From Neodothiora populina (Eukaryota), in the NCBI RefSeq assembly GCF_041146345.1, contig NW_027191407.1, positions 372,001 to 436,000 on the forward strand: a DNA stretch of 64,000 bases, in the 5' to 3' direction. The translations under genes and the position numbers were made by a program. A model generated the notes under the pieces. The model worked only from the letters and a program-made list of their open reading frames with translations, was not told the DNA's origin and made no database searches. Positions 1 to 11,920 of this stretch are shown piece by piece. The stretch's first letter is position 1. Each line of letters starts with the position of its first letter.

Positions 1-176
1 AGACTTCACGTCGACGCTCGGACACTTTATTGTCTTGGCGGGCACACACTCCAGCCGAAATGTGGCATCGCGGCCAAAATCGAATCTTCGACCGCGACCA
101 CTTTTCTCGACATCCAGCGACGAAGCGACCCCTTGTCAATTTATCCCTTTAACGCCAACCAAACAGATCAGTCAAA

Positions 177-1087
177 ATGGGCAGAGGGTGCGTACATTCC
201 CGGAGACTCCTGCAAGAGATGGATGGTCGGAGGCGATGAGAACTTCAAGGCAGAAAAAACCATTGTGGAATGGATGAAAAGCTGGATGAGGAGGCCATCA
301 AAAGAGAAAAGAAAGACGCAGGCTGCTGACACGAGTATCTCTATACAGACGTGGATCCACTTCCGGTAACAAGCTGAGGATGACCCTCGGTCTCCCTGTG
401 TACGTTTTTATCCAATCTCAAAGTCGAGGACACCCGCGAGCCGCATACCGCACAAACACACACCCTTTCGATCGATAGACACTTCCCGCGCACGACTGTC
501 CACACATCTGCGACTCGCTCCTTTTTGCACGAACTCACCAGCTAACGAACAACCTCTACAGCGGTGCCGTCATGAACTGCGCCGACAACTCCGGAGCCCG
601 TAACCTCTACATCATCTCCGTCAAGGGATTCGGTGCCCGTCTTAACCGTCTCCCCGCCGGTGGTGTCGGTGACATGGTCATGGCCACTGTCAAGAAGGGA
701 AAGCCTGAGCTCAGGAAGAAGGTCATGCCTGCCGTCATTGTCCGTCAATCCAAGCCCTGGAGACGCGCAGACGGTATCTACCTCTACTTCGAGGATAACG
801 CCGGTGTGGTATGTACATGATCTTTGTGTTTCCAATGGACTTCTGTTGCCCGGGGCAAGATGCAGACCTGCATGGATTATGGAGGGATAGCTATCAGAGT
901 GCCTGGGCAACGAAAGAACCATATCGCGACATACTAAAAGTCGTCTTCGAGGTCATGCTAATTTCTCCACCAACAGATCGTCAATCCCAAGGGTGAGATG
1001 AAGGGATCCGCCATCACTGGTCCCGTCGGAAAGGAGGCCGCTGAGCTCTGGCCCCGTATCGCCTCCAACTCTGGTGTTGTCATGTAG
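177..1087 (+). CDS. RPL23: 60S ribosomal protein L23 (uL14), 4 exons: 177-187, 349-399, 562-808, 977-1087
   Basis: Spliced translation [43 protein letters not shown]...[44 protein letters not shown]. Canonical GT..AG introns with GCTGAC/GCTAAC/GCTAAT branch sites. Confidence 0.97.
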
Positions 1088-4000
1088 ATTGGCCTCATCG
1101 CTGGGTTCGGGAGGATAAGAGACGGTCTGTCAAACGCATCATGGGATTTTTTCTTGGGCATACGCAGTTGAAAAAGGGACGAACTTTTTGCTTCGCGCGT
1201 ATCTGCTATGCTCGGCTATGGGGGTTTACTTCGAAGCAATTGATGAATCATACAAGGCGAACGAGTAAAGCGCGGGTCAATCTGTCGCAGACGACTACTG
1301 GCGTATAACCGAAGCAAAAAATCATTCCGGGATTGTTGAATGATTGTTAGCAGCTAGCAGGCGACTTTATGCGACAAAAAATCTTCAAAAGAAAGATACC
1401 TTTTTTTAACATGTCATATGCGTGTCTCTGTCAGTTTCCTCACGAATATTGCCAAGTGTGCTGCCGAGTAGCTTCACTGCCTGTCAGTGACACCCTCTGG
1501 GTTTGATCTTCACGAACGAGTCGATATTTGGTTTTCAGGATCACATCCGGTACTCGACCATATGTCCAGACTTCGAGTTTGCCAATCTCCGATCAAGTAA
1601 TCCACATGAGACAACCACAGCCCAAAGAATCAAGGATGTGAGGAAGGTTTTCAAAGTCTAGAACCTTTCTTCTAGACCCCCCAGCCCACGCCCTATCATT
1701 GATCATGCTAAGGCACAACAGCAAGGTGACCAACCACATCGAGGCAGCCGTACCTGATACATCCTAGTGTGATGCACGACAAGCCATCTGCATCTCATCC
1801 TCCGAAACACCGTTCACAGTTGCCCATCTTCGAAAAATGATCTACCCGAAGGAGCCTGGGGCTTTTTGCACTCGCCTGAGCCATGCATAATCTGAAACGT
1901 CGACGACGTATCACAGGAAAGTGTAACGGAGTGAGAGCTGATGATGTTCGTGTATTTTTGCTTTTCACTATCTATATGTGCTAAGGTAGGTCTGTCGTGC
2001 GCTTGCGGCGGTGTTGTTCGGACCTCGTTGATACAGTCCGCCGTTGATTGTGTTACCATGTATTGTATGATGAGAAAGGTGGGCGCTTTTGTGGGCTATC
2101 CTGGTCTCTTTTATCTTGTGTTCCAGAGTGATACGGGGATAGTCATGTACAGTAGACTTACGCTGCTGCTGCTGCTGCTGCTAATGCTACTGCTTCTTGC
2201 CGCCACTGGTAGTGTACAGTAGCTCGAAGCTGTTGCAAGTTGGCTCGAGTTGCTCGAGTCATGATGCCTTGTGTTTTTGTTCCGTTTGCCCCTCGTTACG
2301 TGCCTTGCAAGTCTTCAATAATGTCAATACCGAGATATCCAAGGTATCTATCCCAATACGAGATGTTATTTCGAGGTTCGCCTCTGGACTTCTCACACCG
2401 GTGTGCTCAGCACCATCTGACATGTGCGCTGTCTCCTCGGCAGGCATCTACTGGTCGCAAGGAGATCCATATAGGAGGCTATGATAGCTAGCCATCACCC
2501 TGATGGACGAAATCCCACCAATCCGTTCCAGGCCCGCAAAGCCGCATGACTAGGTAGGCCTTCCATCATCATCGTGCACACTAGAGCACTGCTGGCGGCA
2601 GAATTACAGAAACGGCTGCCATTGCAACAGATGGGTCATGAGGAAACAGATGGGAAGAACGCCATGCAGAGCCGTTTCAGACATGACGGTCAGTCGGTGC
2701 TGATGATGCCTGCCTAAAGTACAGTACCTATCTACCCTAATTACTGTGCCTTGCAATCACATAAACTTTTTTCTTCCATCTTGTGGGTATCGTATGTATT
2801 TATCCAGGGGCGTGTTTATAGCTTCACCGTGATCACGAATTAACTCCTTTGCTTTTCCCCGCTTTGTTCTTCTCGACCGCTGTCATCAGCTGATTTGGGA
2901 AGTATAGTACCATTTCGGCGTCATTTGTCACAGCAGGCAGAGCTTGATGTCGGTGAGATTACCCCATTAAGAGGCTTGCCGTAAGGTTGTTGTTCTGGTC
3001 TCGTGGAAACGTGGTATCAAATCGTATTCAACGATACTGCCGAACAAGCCCTACTCTGTTTATCCTAAAAAACCTTTCTCTAAGGGGATGAATTGGAAGC
3101 TGCTCGAGGAAAAAAGGTTCGAGATGACAGCATCGATACAGAGCCGCGTTAGTCCTCGGTGGTAATCGAGACTCAATCTATGCAGAGACGAATCGAATGG
3201 CCGGGAAGACTTGCTCACTGTAGGCATCCTACGGCGGTCTCCTCCTACAGATGAGTAGATGCAAGTACAACTATCCTACGTGACTAGCGGTTGCAACTGC
3301 TTCTATTTATAGAAGTCACATCTTCATCCCTTCCTATCCCCACACGCCGCGGGCACACACACGCACGTACTTGCGCACGCACGCACATACCATACATATG
3401 CCGTGTCTCCATTCGACATCTAGACAAAGTGATGCCGAACAGTATTCCAGTCAGCAAAACAAACGGAGCCGGCTATATGGAGTACGACTGTTTTTGACCA
3501 AGACTCACTGTGATACAATATCAAGAAAAGCACAGAGTCCTTTTCCTTATTACTTCTTTATATACAGGTCTGCAAACTCGCGGAAGAGCGAGAGCGAGGA
3601 GGAAGGCTTATCTTATTCACATTTACGCCAAAGACCCAGGCAGACGCGACGCAACAGCGACGCAAGCGCGCACGCACACTTTTCTTACAGTAGCAGTTGT
3701 TTTCCCTCCCTCTTGGCCGTAGACTTGGACTAAGGTGCTGTACTGATACAACAACGCCGCCTCTTAAAAGTGGAGCCCATGATTTCTTGAGTTGATTCAA
3801 GGTCGGCGGATTTCCCAATCACTCAATACGCTACGAGCTACTACGCTCCAGCGAGCTTGGAAACAACGGCATCGGCCATTGCGCGCGCGTCAGCCTCATC
3901 ATCTCCTATGCATGAAAAGGAAGTGGGACTCTAGTTTAATCGTTGCCTTCTTGCTCTGCCAGAAAGCGTTACAAGCAGAAAAAGAACCGTATAGCTTAGA

Positions 4001-5244
4001 CCGCAGCGGAGGAGCAAATCATCTAATCATCTATTTTCTGAGTGTTTCTTGACTCCGCTCCCGGCTCAACCAACACATAGCTCTGCAACTCTTTCGCACC
4101 GCCTTTTTTATCCCTGCAAGCTTGACAAGCTGCACGTAACACAAGCGGGCGCTTTTGCGTATACATATTCATATAGGGTGAACGCCTGGCTCAAGGGGAT
4201 CGGCAACTTTCTGCTCCACATCACCCACAACAACAACAAGCCCTCATTCAATTTTTGGTGGTCATCAATTTCTCTGCCTCAGCAACACTGCCACACCCAA
4301 GCACACAAATACTTAGAAATACGATTGGACAGAGCAATTGACGTAGCAAAGCATCTGGATCGCGTTGCTCTCCAAATATCCAAAAGCAAAAAGGAACGAC
4401 AGGCGGCAAAGCGGGTCTCGACCTTTTCGAAGGTTTCCAGACCGTCAGTGAAAGCTGGGAAATCTTTAGTCAAGACCCGGTGGACTAGACCGCTCACCGA
4501 CCACAGGGCATTAGCTGGGCTCTACTGTGTGATTGCCGCAATAGTAAGCTACTTGGACGGTACGGTCTGGGATCATTGTTGCTATACAAACTCCCTTCGA
4601 CATCACGGCAAAGTTGGGGCAAAAAGGCACTGAGCGGACATAAACGCCAGAGGTACATTACCGTTGCACCTAAGAAATCCTTCCCGAAAAGTCAAAATAG
4701 GTGCCGTTCATCGATCATTAGCCACCCATACATTTATCACTAGTCGCTGGGGAGCCACGCGCGCATTCGATCCCGCTTGATCACATCACGCTCATTAAAC
4801 AGGACAATCGGACCCGGCAGGGTTCAGCCAAACATCGATTTCTCTCTTCTAACGTCTGGAAGAAGCTTCGCGTATCCTGCCCCCGAGAAGTAACAAGTGG
4901 CCTATAGTGCAGTGCAGAGAACGAGTGAGACACTTGGCTCCAGGGGAGAAAGTCAAAAAGAACAAGTCACTGAATAGACGCTGGCAAAAAAACGTCACGG
5001 CCGTCAACAGCTTGTAACTCTACACTGGACCTACCGGTCTCGGTAGAATTCAAGTAGACATCGGGAGCGCCTCCTCAATCGCATCGCATCGTTTGGATAG
5101 CGAAAAAAAGAGGCTTGCCCCAGCTTTATCCGAACCTCTTCTGCTCCGAGTTGCTCGCGCTGCGACGGGAGCAGGGGATTGGGACTGTCGGGACCACGAC
5201 AGCATCTGTTGGAGCGAATACTATCGCATAATTCATCGCCGACC

Positions 5245-6963
5245 ATGACGGCCGTCCTGTCACCTCATGCCTCTCAAGGCGCAACGACTCCGGGTTCACC
5301 GACATCCTCTTCCGCGTCTTCGTCTACAAAGCAGATACCGCAGTCGCGACCGCAATCGCAATCCCAGTTGCAATCACCGCCGAAGTCGCATCAACAACCG
5401 CAACCTGAATCTGTCCTAACATCACAAAAAAAAAACCAGTCTGAGCCGTCAGCATCAGCCAGCAGGCCTCAGTCGCAATCGCAAGGATCAGAAGCCCTAT
5501 CGACCTCTGCTCGATCAACGTCGGGGACTCCTGCATCGTCTAAATCTCAGCAGCAGCAAGCGCAACATCTGGCTGCGCCGAACGCTGCCTCCCCCGAAGC
5601 CAATGCATCGAGTCCTCGCGCAAGATCGCGAGACTCGCCGTCGTCACGCCGACAGTCTCGCCTTTCAAACCGCACTGCCTCATCACGGCCTGCCTCGTCC
5701 GTCTTTCCCATTTTCCCCTCTTCGCTATCTTATGCTCTTGTCCGCGACTTTGCATATCCCGCCTTCCACCCTCTGCACTATGGCGCCCCTACATACGAAA
5801 CAAATCCACACAGCGAAAGCAACGCCTCGAGTCCCGGCTTCGGTGGTGCAGGTTATGGCTACGATCGCCGACTGTCCGACCCGCCAACGTCGTGGGAGAT
5901 GAATCGAGGAATGTGGTCTGCAGGACCTTGGGGTGGAGACGGTGGTGCCGTCTTCGGCATCCAAAGCGGAGGCGCACCAGGTGATCAGCTACCATCGACG
6001 AGTTTCGGATACGACAGCGACGACCCGGAAGCTGTAGGCGCGGGCAGGTTGACTAAGAACCATCGTAAGAGCAAGAGTTTCGCCGTCGGTGAAGAAGGCG
6101 CCGGAGATAGCAGCAACAGCCGTCGACGCAGAAGCGAACGGGACAGCCGGCGGAGAGAGTCGCAAAAGAAGGACATGAGCCATCTGGGCACCGGACTGGA
6201 CAGCCAAGGCTTCTTCCAGGCCGGAGCGACAGACGAGGAAGAGCATGACCACGCAGAAGGACAACAAGAAGAGCACGACTCGGCACTGCCGAGGACTTCT
6301 TATCTCCACCATCACGGCGACGAAGACGACTCGCTCAACCATCAGAAATCACAACAACACTATCATCATCACCACGATCATGACGACGGCTCATCACTCG
6401 ACGAATCCTTTGCTGGTCCATCACTCGCCCTCTACACTTTCCACCCCGAAAATGCAAACGAGCTCGCTCTAGAAGAAGGTCAAATCATCGAAGTCGGCTA
6501 CCGACACGGACAAGGCTGGCTCGTGGCCATGAACCCCGACACGGGCGAACAAGGCCTCGTACCGGAAGAGTACGTGCGACTACTGAGCGACATCGAGGGA
6601 TGGGGCCAAGACGAAGACATGGATCTTGAGACCGTAGAGGACGAGACCATGACCGACTACACAGGCGGCGATGAGGTCAGCACAGCAGCGGCGGCACCCG
6701 CATCATCACAGGATGGAGAAGACCAACGGAGACAAGCAGCTCATGAATATAACGACAAGCACGATGGACGAGAGAACAACGGTGATGCAGAGATTAGTAT
6801 GGGAGATGTGCAGGATGCGCTGAACAAGGGCCTTAGCCAAGGAAGAGGAGAAGTAGGCCGTAGTGGTGGTGGTAGTGCAGAGCCATCAGGAGAGAAAGAA
6901 GAGCAAAATCATCGTCATCAGCAACAGCAGTTGCCTGATCGGTCCAAAGGGGGTCATTCTTAG
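5245..6963 (+). CDS. NBP2: SH3-domain adaptor protein, NBP2/Skb5-like (HOG/MAPK phosphatase adaptor)
   Basis: Single long ORF with first ATG at 5245. Contains the SLSYALVRDFAYPAFHPLHYG motif and an SH3 domain (ALYTFHPENANELALEEGQIIEVGYRHGQGWLVA...GEQGLVPEEYV). Confidence 0.78.
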   Translation: MTAVLSPHASQGATTPGSPTSSSASSSTKQIPQSRPQSQSQLQSPPKSHQQPQPESVLTSQKKNQSEPSASASRPQSQSQGSEALSTSARSTSGTPASSKSQQQQAQHLAAPNAASPEANASSPRARSRDSPSSRRQSRLSNRTASSRPASSVFPIFPSSLSYALVRDFAYPAFHPLHYGAPTYETNPHSESNASSPGFGGAGYGYDRRLSDPPTSWEMNRGMWSAGPWGGDGGAVFGIQSGGAPGDQLPSTSFGYDSDDPEAVGAGRLTKNHRKSKSFAVGEEGAGDSSNSRRRRSERDSRRRESQKKDMSHLGTGLDSQGFFQAGATDEEEHDHAEGQQEEHDSALPRTSYLHHHGDEDDSLNHQKSQQHYHHHHDHDDGSSLDESFAGPSLALYTFHPENANELALEEGQIIEVGYRHGQGWLVAMNPDTGEQGLVPEEYVRLLSDIEGWGQDEDMDLETVEDETMTDYTGGDEVSTAAAAPASSQDGEDQRRQAAHEYNDKHDGRENNGDAEISMGDVQDALNKGLSQGRGEVGRSGGGSAEPSGEKEEQNHRHQQQQLPDRSKGGHS

Positions 6964-8141
6964 CATAGTGGTAATATCATCATCATCATCATCATTGAGT
7001 TGGTTGGTTGTTTTTTTGTCGTCGTCGTTATTGGATATATGAAAATATTTGAGAGGGCCTCGTTGGTGTCTTTCTCCCTCTTCTTTTTCCTTTTTCTTCC
7101 TTGTTCCTCCTTCAGCTGCTTTCGACAGTCCATTCTTCACATTCTTGCAGCTATCCTGTTCTTCAAGAGGCACGAGAGCCATGTCATCTCTCCAGCCACG
7201 ACGTTCCTCACCCTCAGCTGAAGATTGGCTCAGCCACCACTCACCAACACTAGCCACCCCATCTCGACAAGTCCCGAACTGCACCGCACCCGCATCACAG
7301 ATCCTGACTCCAGAAGCCTAGATCTGATCTAACGAAGAACCAAGTAAAAGGACTTACCTGCCTCCCTTCACGCACAGAAAGATTGATCATGTAGTGTGTA
7401 ATGCGCAGAGGATTAGCCATCCACAGCACCCAGGACGAGTTTCGGCGGGTGAGGTCCGGTGGATCGGTTCAACTGCTGCTATTACTTGAGTTGGTATGTA
7501 GACTTTTGCGCCTTTCTGATGTCTGATTATGCGTAGATGGCGAGGCTGCAGGATGGTAGTGTGCCTGGTGCGAGTGTAGATGGGAAAAAGTTACGTTTGT
7601 TGGTTAGACGTCTGCTCTTGGGGCAGTCGGACGCTTGGTATACTGTAAATGATACGCGTGTAGACATGATGTGCTCGTAGTGATCGGGCGAGTGGGTGTT
7701 GTGAGGAAGATGTATGTTCGAAAGAGGGATACGCACAATTGCGAGGGGGATTGAGGGGGACCCTGTCCGTACCCTTGGTCATCCTCTCTTTGGCTTCCTG
7801 GGGTAGTGCGTAAGCAGGAGAGGTAGGGTTGAGCTTTTGAATTGGTGACTCGGATGTTCACTGAGAGCTGGGGAAATATGGCTTCGCGTCATGCGTTGGT
7901 TGATGTTTACTCAGAGTATGTTGAACAGGGCCTGACTTGATGCTTGTGCTGCGGTGGCATCTATGTAGTCATCGTCATAGTTAGAGCGTTTGGAAAGACG
8001 TCTCTGTTGCCTTGAACTGTTAAATAGGAAGATGAAGATATGTATAAGTAAGAACAAAGAAAGGAGTATGAAACCATATGCACTCGTTGCTCCACACCAA
8101 AAGAACCAAAAGAAAAGAAACAATCAGTCCGACCGATAGAA

Positions 8142-9173
8142 TCACCCTTCCAGAAATCTGCCTACCACCTCCACAAACGCATCCGTCTCCTCCAAATGCG
8201 GGCAATGGCTGCTCTCAGCGAATCTGACCCACTTGACTTTCGTCTGCGTGCCTTTGCCCACTTCCCTAAAGTACGGCTCCATGGTGACGTCCTGCGCCTC
8301 ATCAAACCGTCCATTGACCAACAACACGCTCTCGACATCGATGTTCCTCAGCTTGTCAGTGATGCACCAGTCCTTGAGACTGCCACTGACATGAAATTCC
8401 GACGGCCCGTTCATCGTGTGATACACCGTGGGGTCTTTGGCGAGCTGTTCCATGGTCTGGGTGAGTTCGTCTGGAAAAGGCACGACGCGGCAGACGAAGC
8501 GCTCGTAGAAGACCATCATCGCTTGCTCGTACTCGGGCGTCTCGGTCTTTTGTTCCTTTTCCAGACGTGTCAGGGTCTCTTGCACCGAAGACGGCAGGCG
8601 CTTGCGCAGGAGGTCTGCGACTGCAACCCAAGTGTGCATGTCTGATGGCGAGTCGGCGATGACAAGCTTCCGCAGGCCTTTGAGTTGCTCGGGTGAGCTG
8701 CTCGCGGCAAAAGTGGCTGCTAGCATGCCGCCCCATGATTGACCTAACAGATCGTAGGTAGTGATGTTCAAGGCAGATATCAGGTTCAGGAGTTCTGAGA
8801 TGAACAAAGACGGGGTCCAGAACTTTTCGTCTCCACTTTTCGAGGCGAAGTGAGTCGAGTTACCGCATCCGATCTGATCGTACATGATCACTGGTCTGCC
8901 TCCTCCTGGGGCAGAAGAAGTGCTGATGTGTGAGATGGGGAGAAGATAGTTGTAGGCCATGCCTGGTCCGCCATGAAGACATATCAAGGGAATGGTTGAT
9001 GCCGTCAACTCGCCGTAGATGCTGTACCATGTCTCTGACTCCAAGTCTGTGTTTGGTACGGCAAAAGCAATCTTGCCGCTCTTAGATGGGGTAGGAAGAG
9101 GTTTAGTCTGGCCTGGGGGAGGGGGATTCGGTGGGAGTGCGGGTCCCGGGGGAATGTTCAGTTGTGGAGCCAT
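8142..9173 (-). CDS. Proline iminopeptidase / L-amino acid amidase (alpha/beta hydrolase, peptidase S33-like)
   Basis: Intronless ORF with HGGPG oxyanion motif, YDQIGCG, GQSWGG nucleophile elbow, MNGPSEF and C-terminal SSHCPHLEE. Confidence 0.9.
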   Translation of the reverse strand: MAPQLNIPPGPALPPNPPPPGQTKPLPTPSKSGKIAFAVPNTDLESETWYSIYGELTASTIPLICLHGGPGMAYNYLLPISHISTSSAPGGGRPVIMYDQIGCGNSTHFASKSGDEKFWTPSLFISELLNLISALNITTYDLLGQSWGGMLAATFAASSSPEQLKGLRKLVIADSPSDMHTWVAVADLLRKRLPSSVQETLTRLEKEQKTETPEYEQAMMVFYERFVCRVVPFPDELTQTMEQLAKDPTVYHTMNGPSEFHVSGSLKDWCITDKLRNIDVESVLLVNGRFDEAQDVTMEPYFREVGKGTQTKVKWVRFAESSHCPHLEETDAFVEVVGRFLEG

Positions 9174-10680
9174 GCTTGTTGGCAAAAATCTTTAGATGAG
9201 TCACCCAAGATGATAGTTGATATCGTTACTTTGGAGATGAAGTCGGCTCGAGCAGAGAAGAAGAACTAGTAGAACGAAGAAAGAAGGAAAGAATTATTGG
9301 ACTCTTCTTGAAGGATTCCAGTGGCGAGAAATCGAAGAGCGTCTATGTCATGTAGACCTCACCTTCTTATTTAACCGAGCGAACTCTCAATGACTTCAGA
9401 GAGCGTTTGTCCTCGGTTGATGCTATTGAAGCACGAAGCAATCAAGTAGAAACAGAGGTAGACAGAAAGCAGAAGGTCGCAAGAAGGTAGGGAATAACAG
9501 ACCCTAGGTACAATACCAGTACGGCAGGGCTACATGGACACTTCGTGTTTGCTCCGAGACTCGCACACACATGCCTCACCTACTACTACACACCCGCTTA
9601 CCACTGTTATACCATGTATCTGCGGGCCGTTATAGGACACCATGAGCATAAATGTATGGTACGAACTTCGCAGCTTCCTGTTTCGGAAGGTCATAGGCCT
9701 CATAGTCCTCATATTGTGGAGAAAGGGTAGGCTTCCACTTTTGCATGAGTTGATGATTTGTTAACCTTTCCCGCGTGCCTATCATCTCCGATAGTCGGAG
9801 CTGAAACATGCTCGTCTGCCGCTGCGTATGCATCCAGGGGTCCATTACAAATCCGCCTTTGTCAGGGCCGAAGAGATGGTGTGAATCGACGACGAGCTTT
9901 GGTTGTGTAGTGCCGACGGGGATGGTCGTTACGACACTGCAGTAAGGCCCGCCGGTCAGATCGATATCGCTGGACATTTGGGACAGCGATCCGATAGGCG
10001 AACATGTGGTGACGGTTGTGGGGCACCAACATCCTGGTTCCGCATGATCAATATACCTTGGCGGGTCCTATTGAGGAAGAAGTGCTAAGCCCGATTGAGG
10101 TGGAGACAAGCCTTGGGACATACAGCTCGATTGGGTTTAGCGGCTTCTCGTACACAAGCTCTGCTGTTGTCATTCTGCAGTTTGGCTTCATTTCTGTAGC
10201 TGTTCATAACATACCACATTACATCGTGTTTTGTCGCCTTTGCTTGTTGAGAACAAATTGGAGTCTGGTGCCTCTACTGAGAGAAAGAGTGTGTAATATA
10301 ATCAACAGGCGTACTGCTGAGACATCCCCTTTCGGGACTTGTAAGTTGACACCTTCCTTTATTTCTCTCTCTTGTCCACCACCTTCCCTTTCCATGATGA
10401 GATTATATTATATTGGAGCTGTCCTATTTCTCTCCGGAGAATGAGGAACAAACCTATTACCTATACGCAAAACACCTGAAACATGCAAACCTTCATTCTT
10501 CTTCACTTTGATCTTGAATACATATCGAGGCGCTGGACTAATTAGCCATCAGATAACTACATCCTCTTCTCATACTTGGCACGAGACGAGACCGACCGCT
10601 TGAGCACATTGATTTGGTGTTGTCCTCTCGAAACAACTGTTTCTAAGAACACTTCTGAGCTTCCCACTTGATTCACATCC

Positions 10681-11920
10681 ATGTCGCTTGATCCACGAAG
10701 GCGAGCGGCGCCTCCTCCGCCGCCTCCACCGCCCCCACCTGCAGAACCACAACCAGACTCCTCACAGGTGGAAGTAGATGGCGGCACGGTCGAAGAGCAG
10801 CTCTCTAAACCTGCTGCAGATCCCGCGTTAGGAGAGGACAATTTCAAATTGAGATTCTGTACAGTCTGCGCCAGTAATAATAATCGGTAAGTTTGTGACA
10901 TTTGCCTGAGCATGGTCATGTCGTAAATGTTTCCACACCCTGCAGTATATGCAAGTTCCTGCATTGCCATCACAGATGCACTATTCTCGAACCGTCCGTC
11001 CGTCCACCCATATAGATAAAAATTCAATTGCAAAAAAAGTGTTCGAATCCCGCGCCGCTTTCCTTGCCCGCAGTCAATGTAGCCCGCATGACCTGTCTGA
11101 AGTCATCATGTCCTGCTGTCACCACAACTTCACCACGAACGACGCTGTCCGCATGTAGTTTGCTTTGCTGACACAAAATCATACACCCAGATCTATGGAA
11201 GCACATCTTCGCCTTTCGACAGCGAAACCGCAACCTTACCCCGTCATATCCTTTGGTACCGGCTCCCTGGTAAGACTTCCAGGTCCCAGTATCACCCAAC
11301 CCAATGTCTACAACTTCAACACCAAGTCGTACGACGCCATGTATCGCGAACTAGAAGGCAAAGACGCACGTCTATACCGTGCCAATGGCATCCTACCCAT
11401 GCTTGAGCGTAATCGATCCATAAAATGGGGCCCGGAACGCTGGCAAGACTGGAGAGTAGGCACACCTCGAGTCGGCCGAAGAGGGACTGCACCTTCGGGC
11501 GAGGGTTTACCGGATCCTACCTACGCTACGGACCTTGGTGCCGCGGGAACAGAGTCGGGGACCGTCGATATTGTCATCACTTGCGAGGAACGCTGCTGGG
11601 AAGCCGTCGTCGATGACCTGCTTAATAGAGGATCGCCGCTGAACAGACCGGTGCATGTGATTAACGTCGACATCAAGGATAACCACGAGGAGGCCCTTGT
11701 CGGTGGCAAGGCGATACTGGAGCTGGCGGACGCATTGAACGCAGCCGCTGTCGAGGAGAGAAGAATCCACATTGAAGCTAATGGTGGAGTTGGCTCGGCA
11801 TGGGATGCTGGACATGCGGGTTCAAGAGAAGGCTTCGACGCCCGCGTGCCGGACATCATTGCCGAGTGGCAGGAGCGATGGCCGAACCTGCCTGCGCTGT
11901 GGACGTTGGCTTGGTTCTAA
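10681..11920 (+). CDS. SSU72: RNA Pol II CTD phosphatase Ssu72; exons 10681-10886 and 11191-11920
   Basis: The catalytic motif [16 protein letters not shown] is joined across a GTAAGT..CAG intron. [19 protein letters not shown] and [10 protein letters not shown] are also present. Confidence 0.95.

Noticed and set aside
188..348. C/D snoRNA in RPL23 intron 1
   Set aside because: Only a weak box C-like CGATGA. The CTGA coincides with the branch point and no rRNA complementarity is recognisable.
4049..4633. 194-aa ORF
   Set aside because: Non-ATG start, no motif and atypical composition, so probably a chance ORF in the NBP2 upstream region.
9530..10444. Possible gene between the iminopeptidase and SSU72
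   Set aside because: Only short ORFs, with no consistent splice model or recognisable motif.
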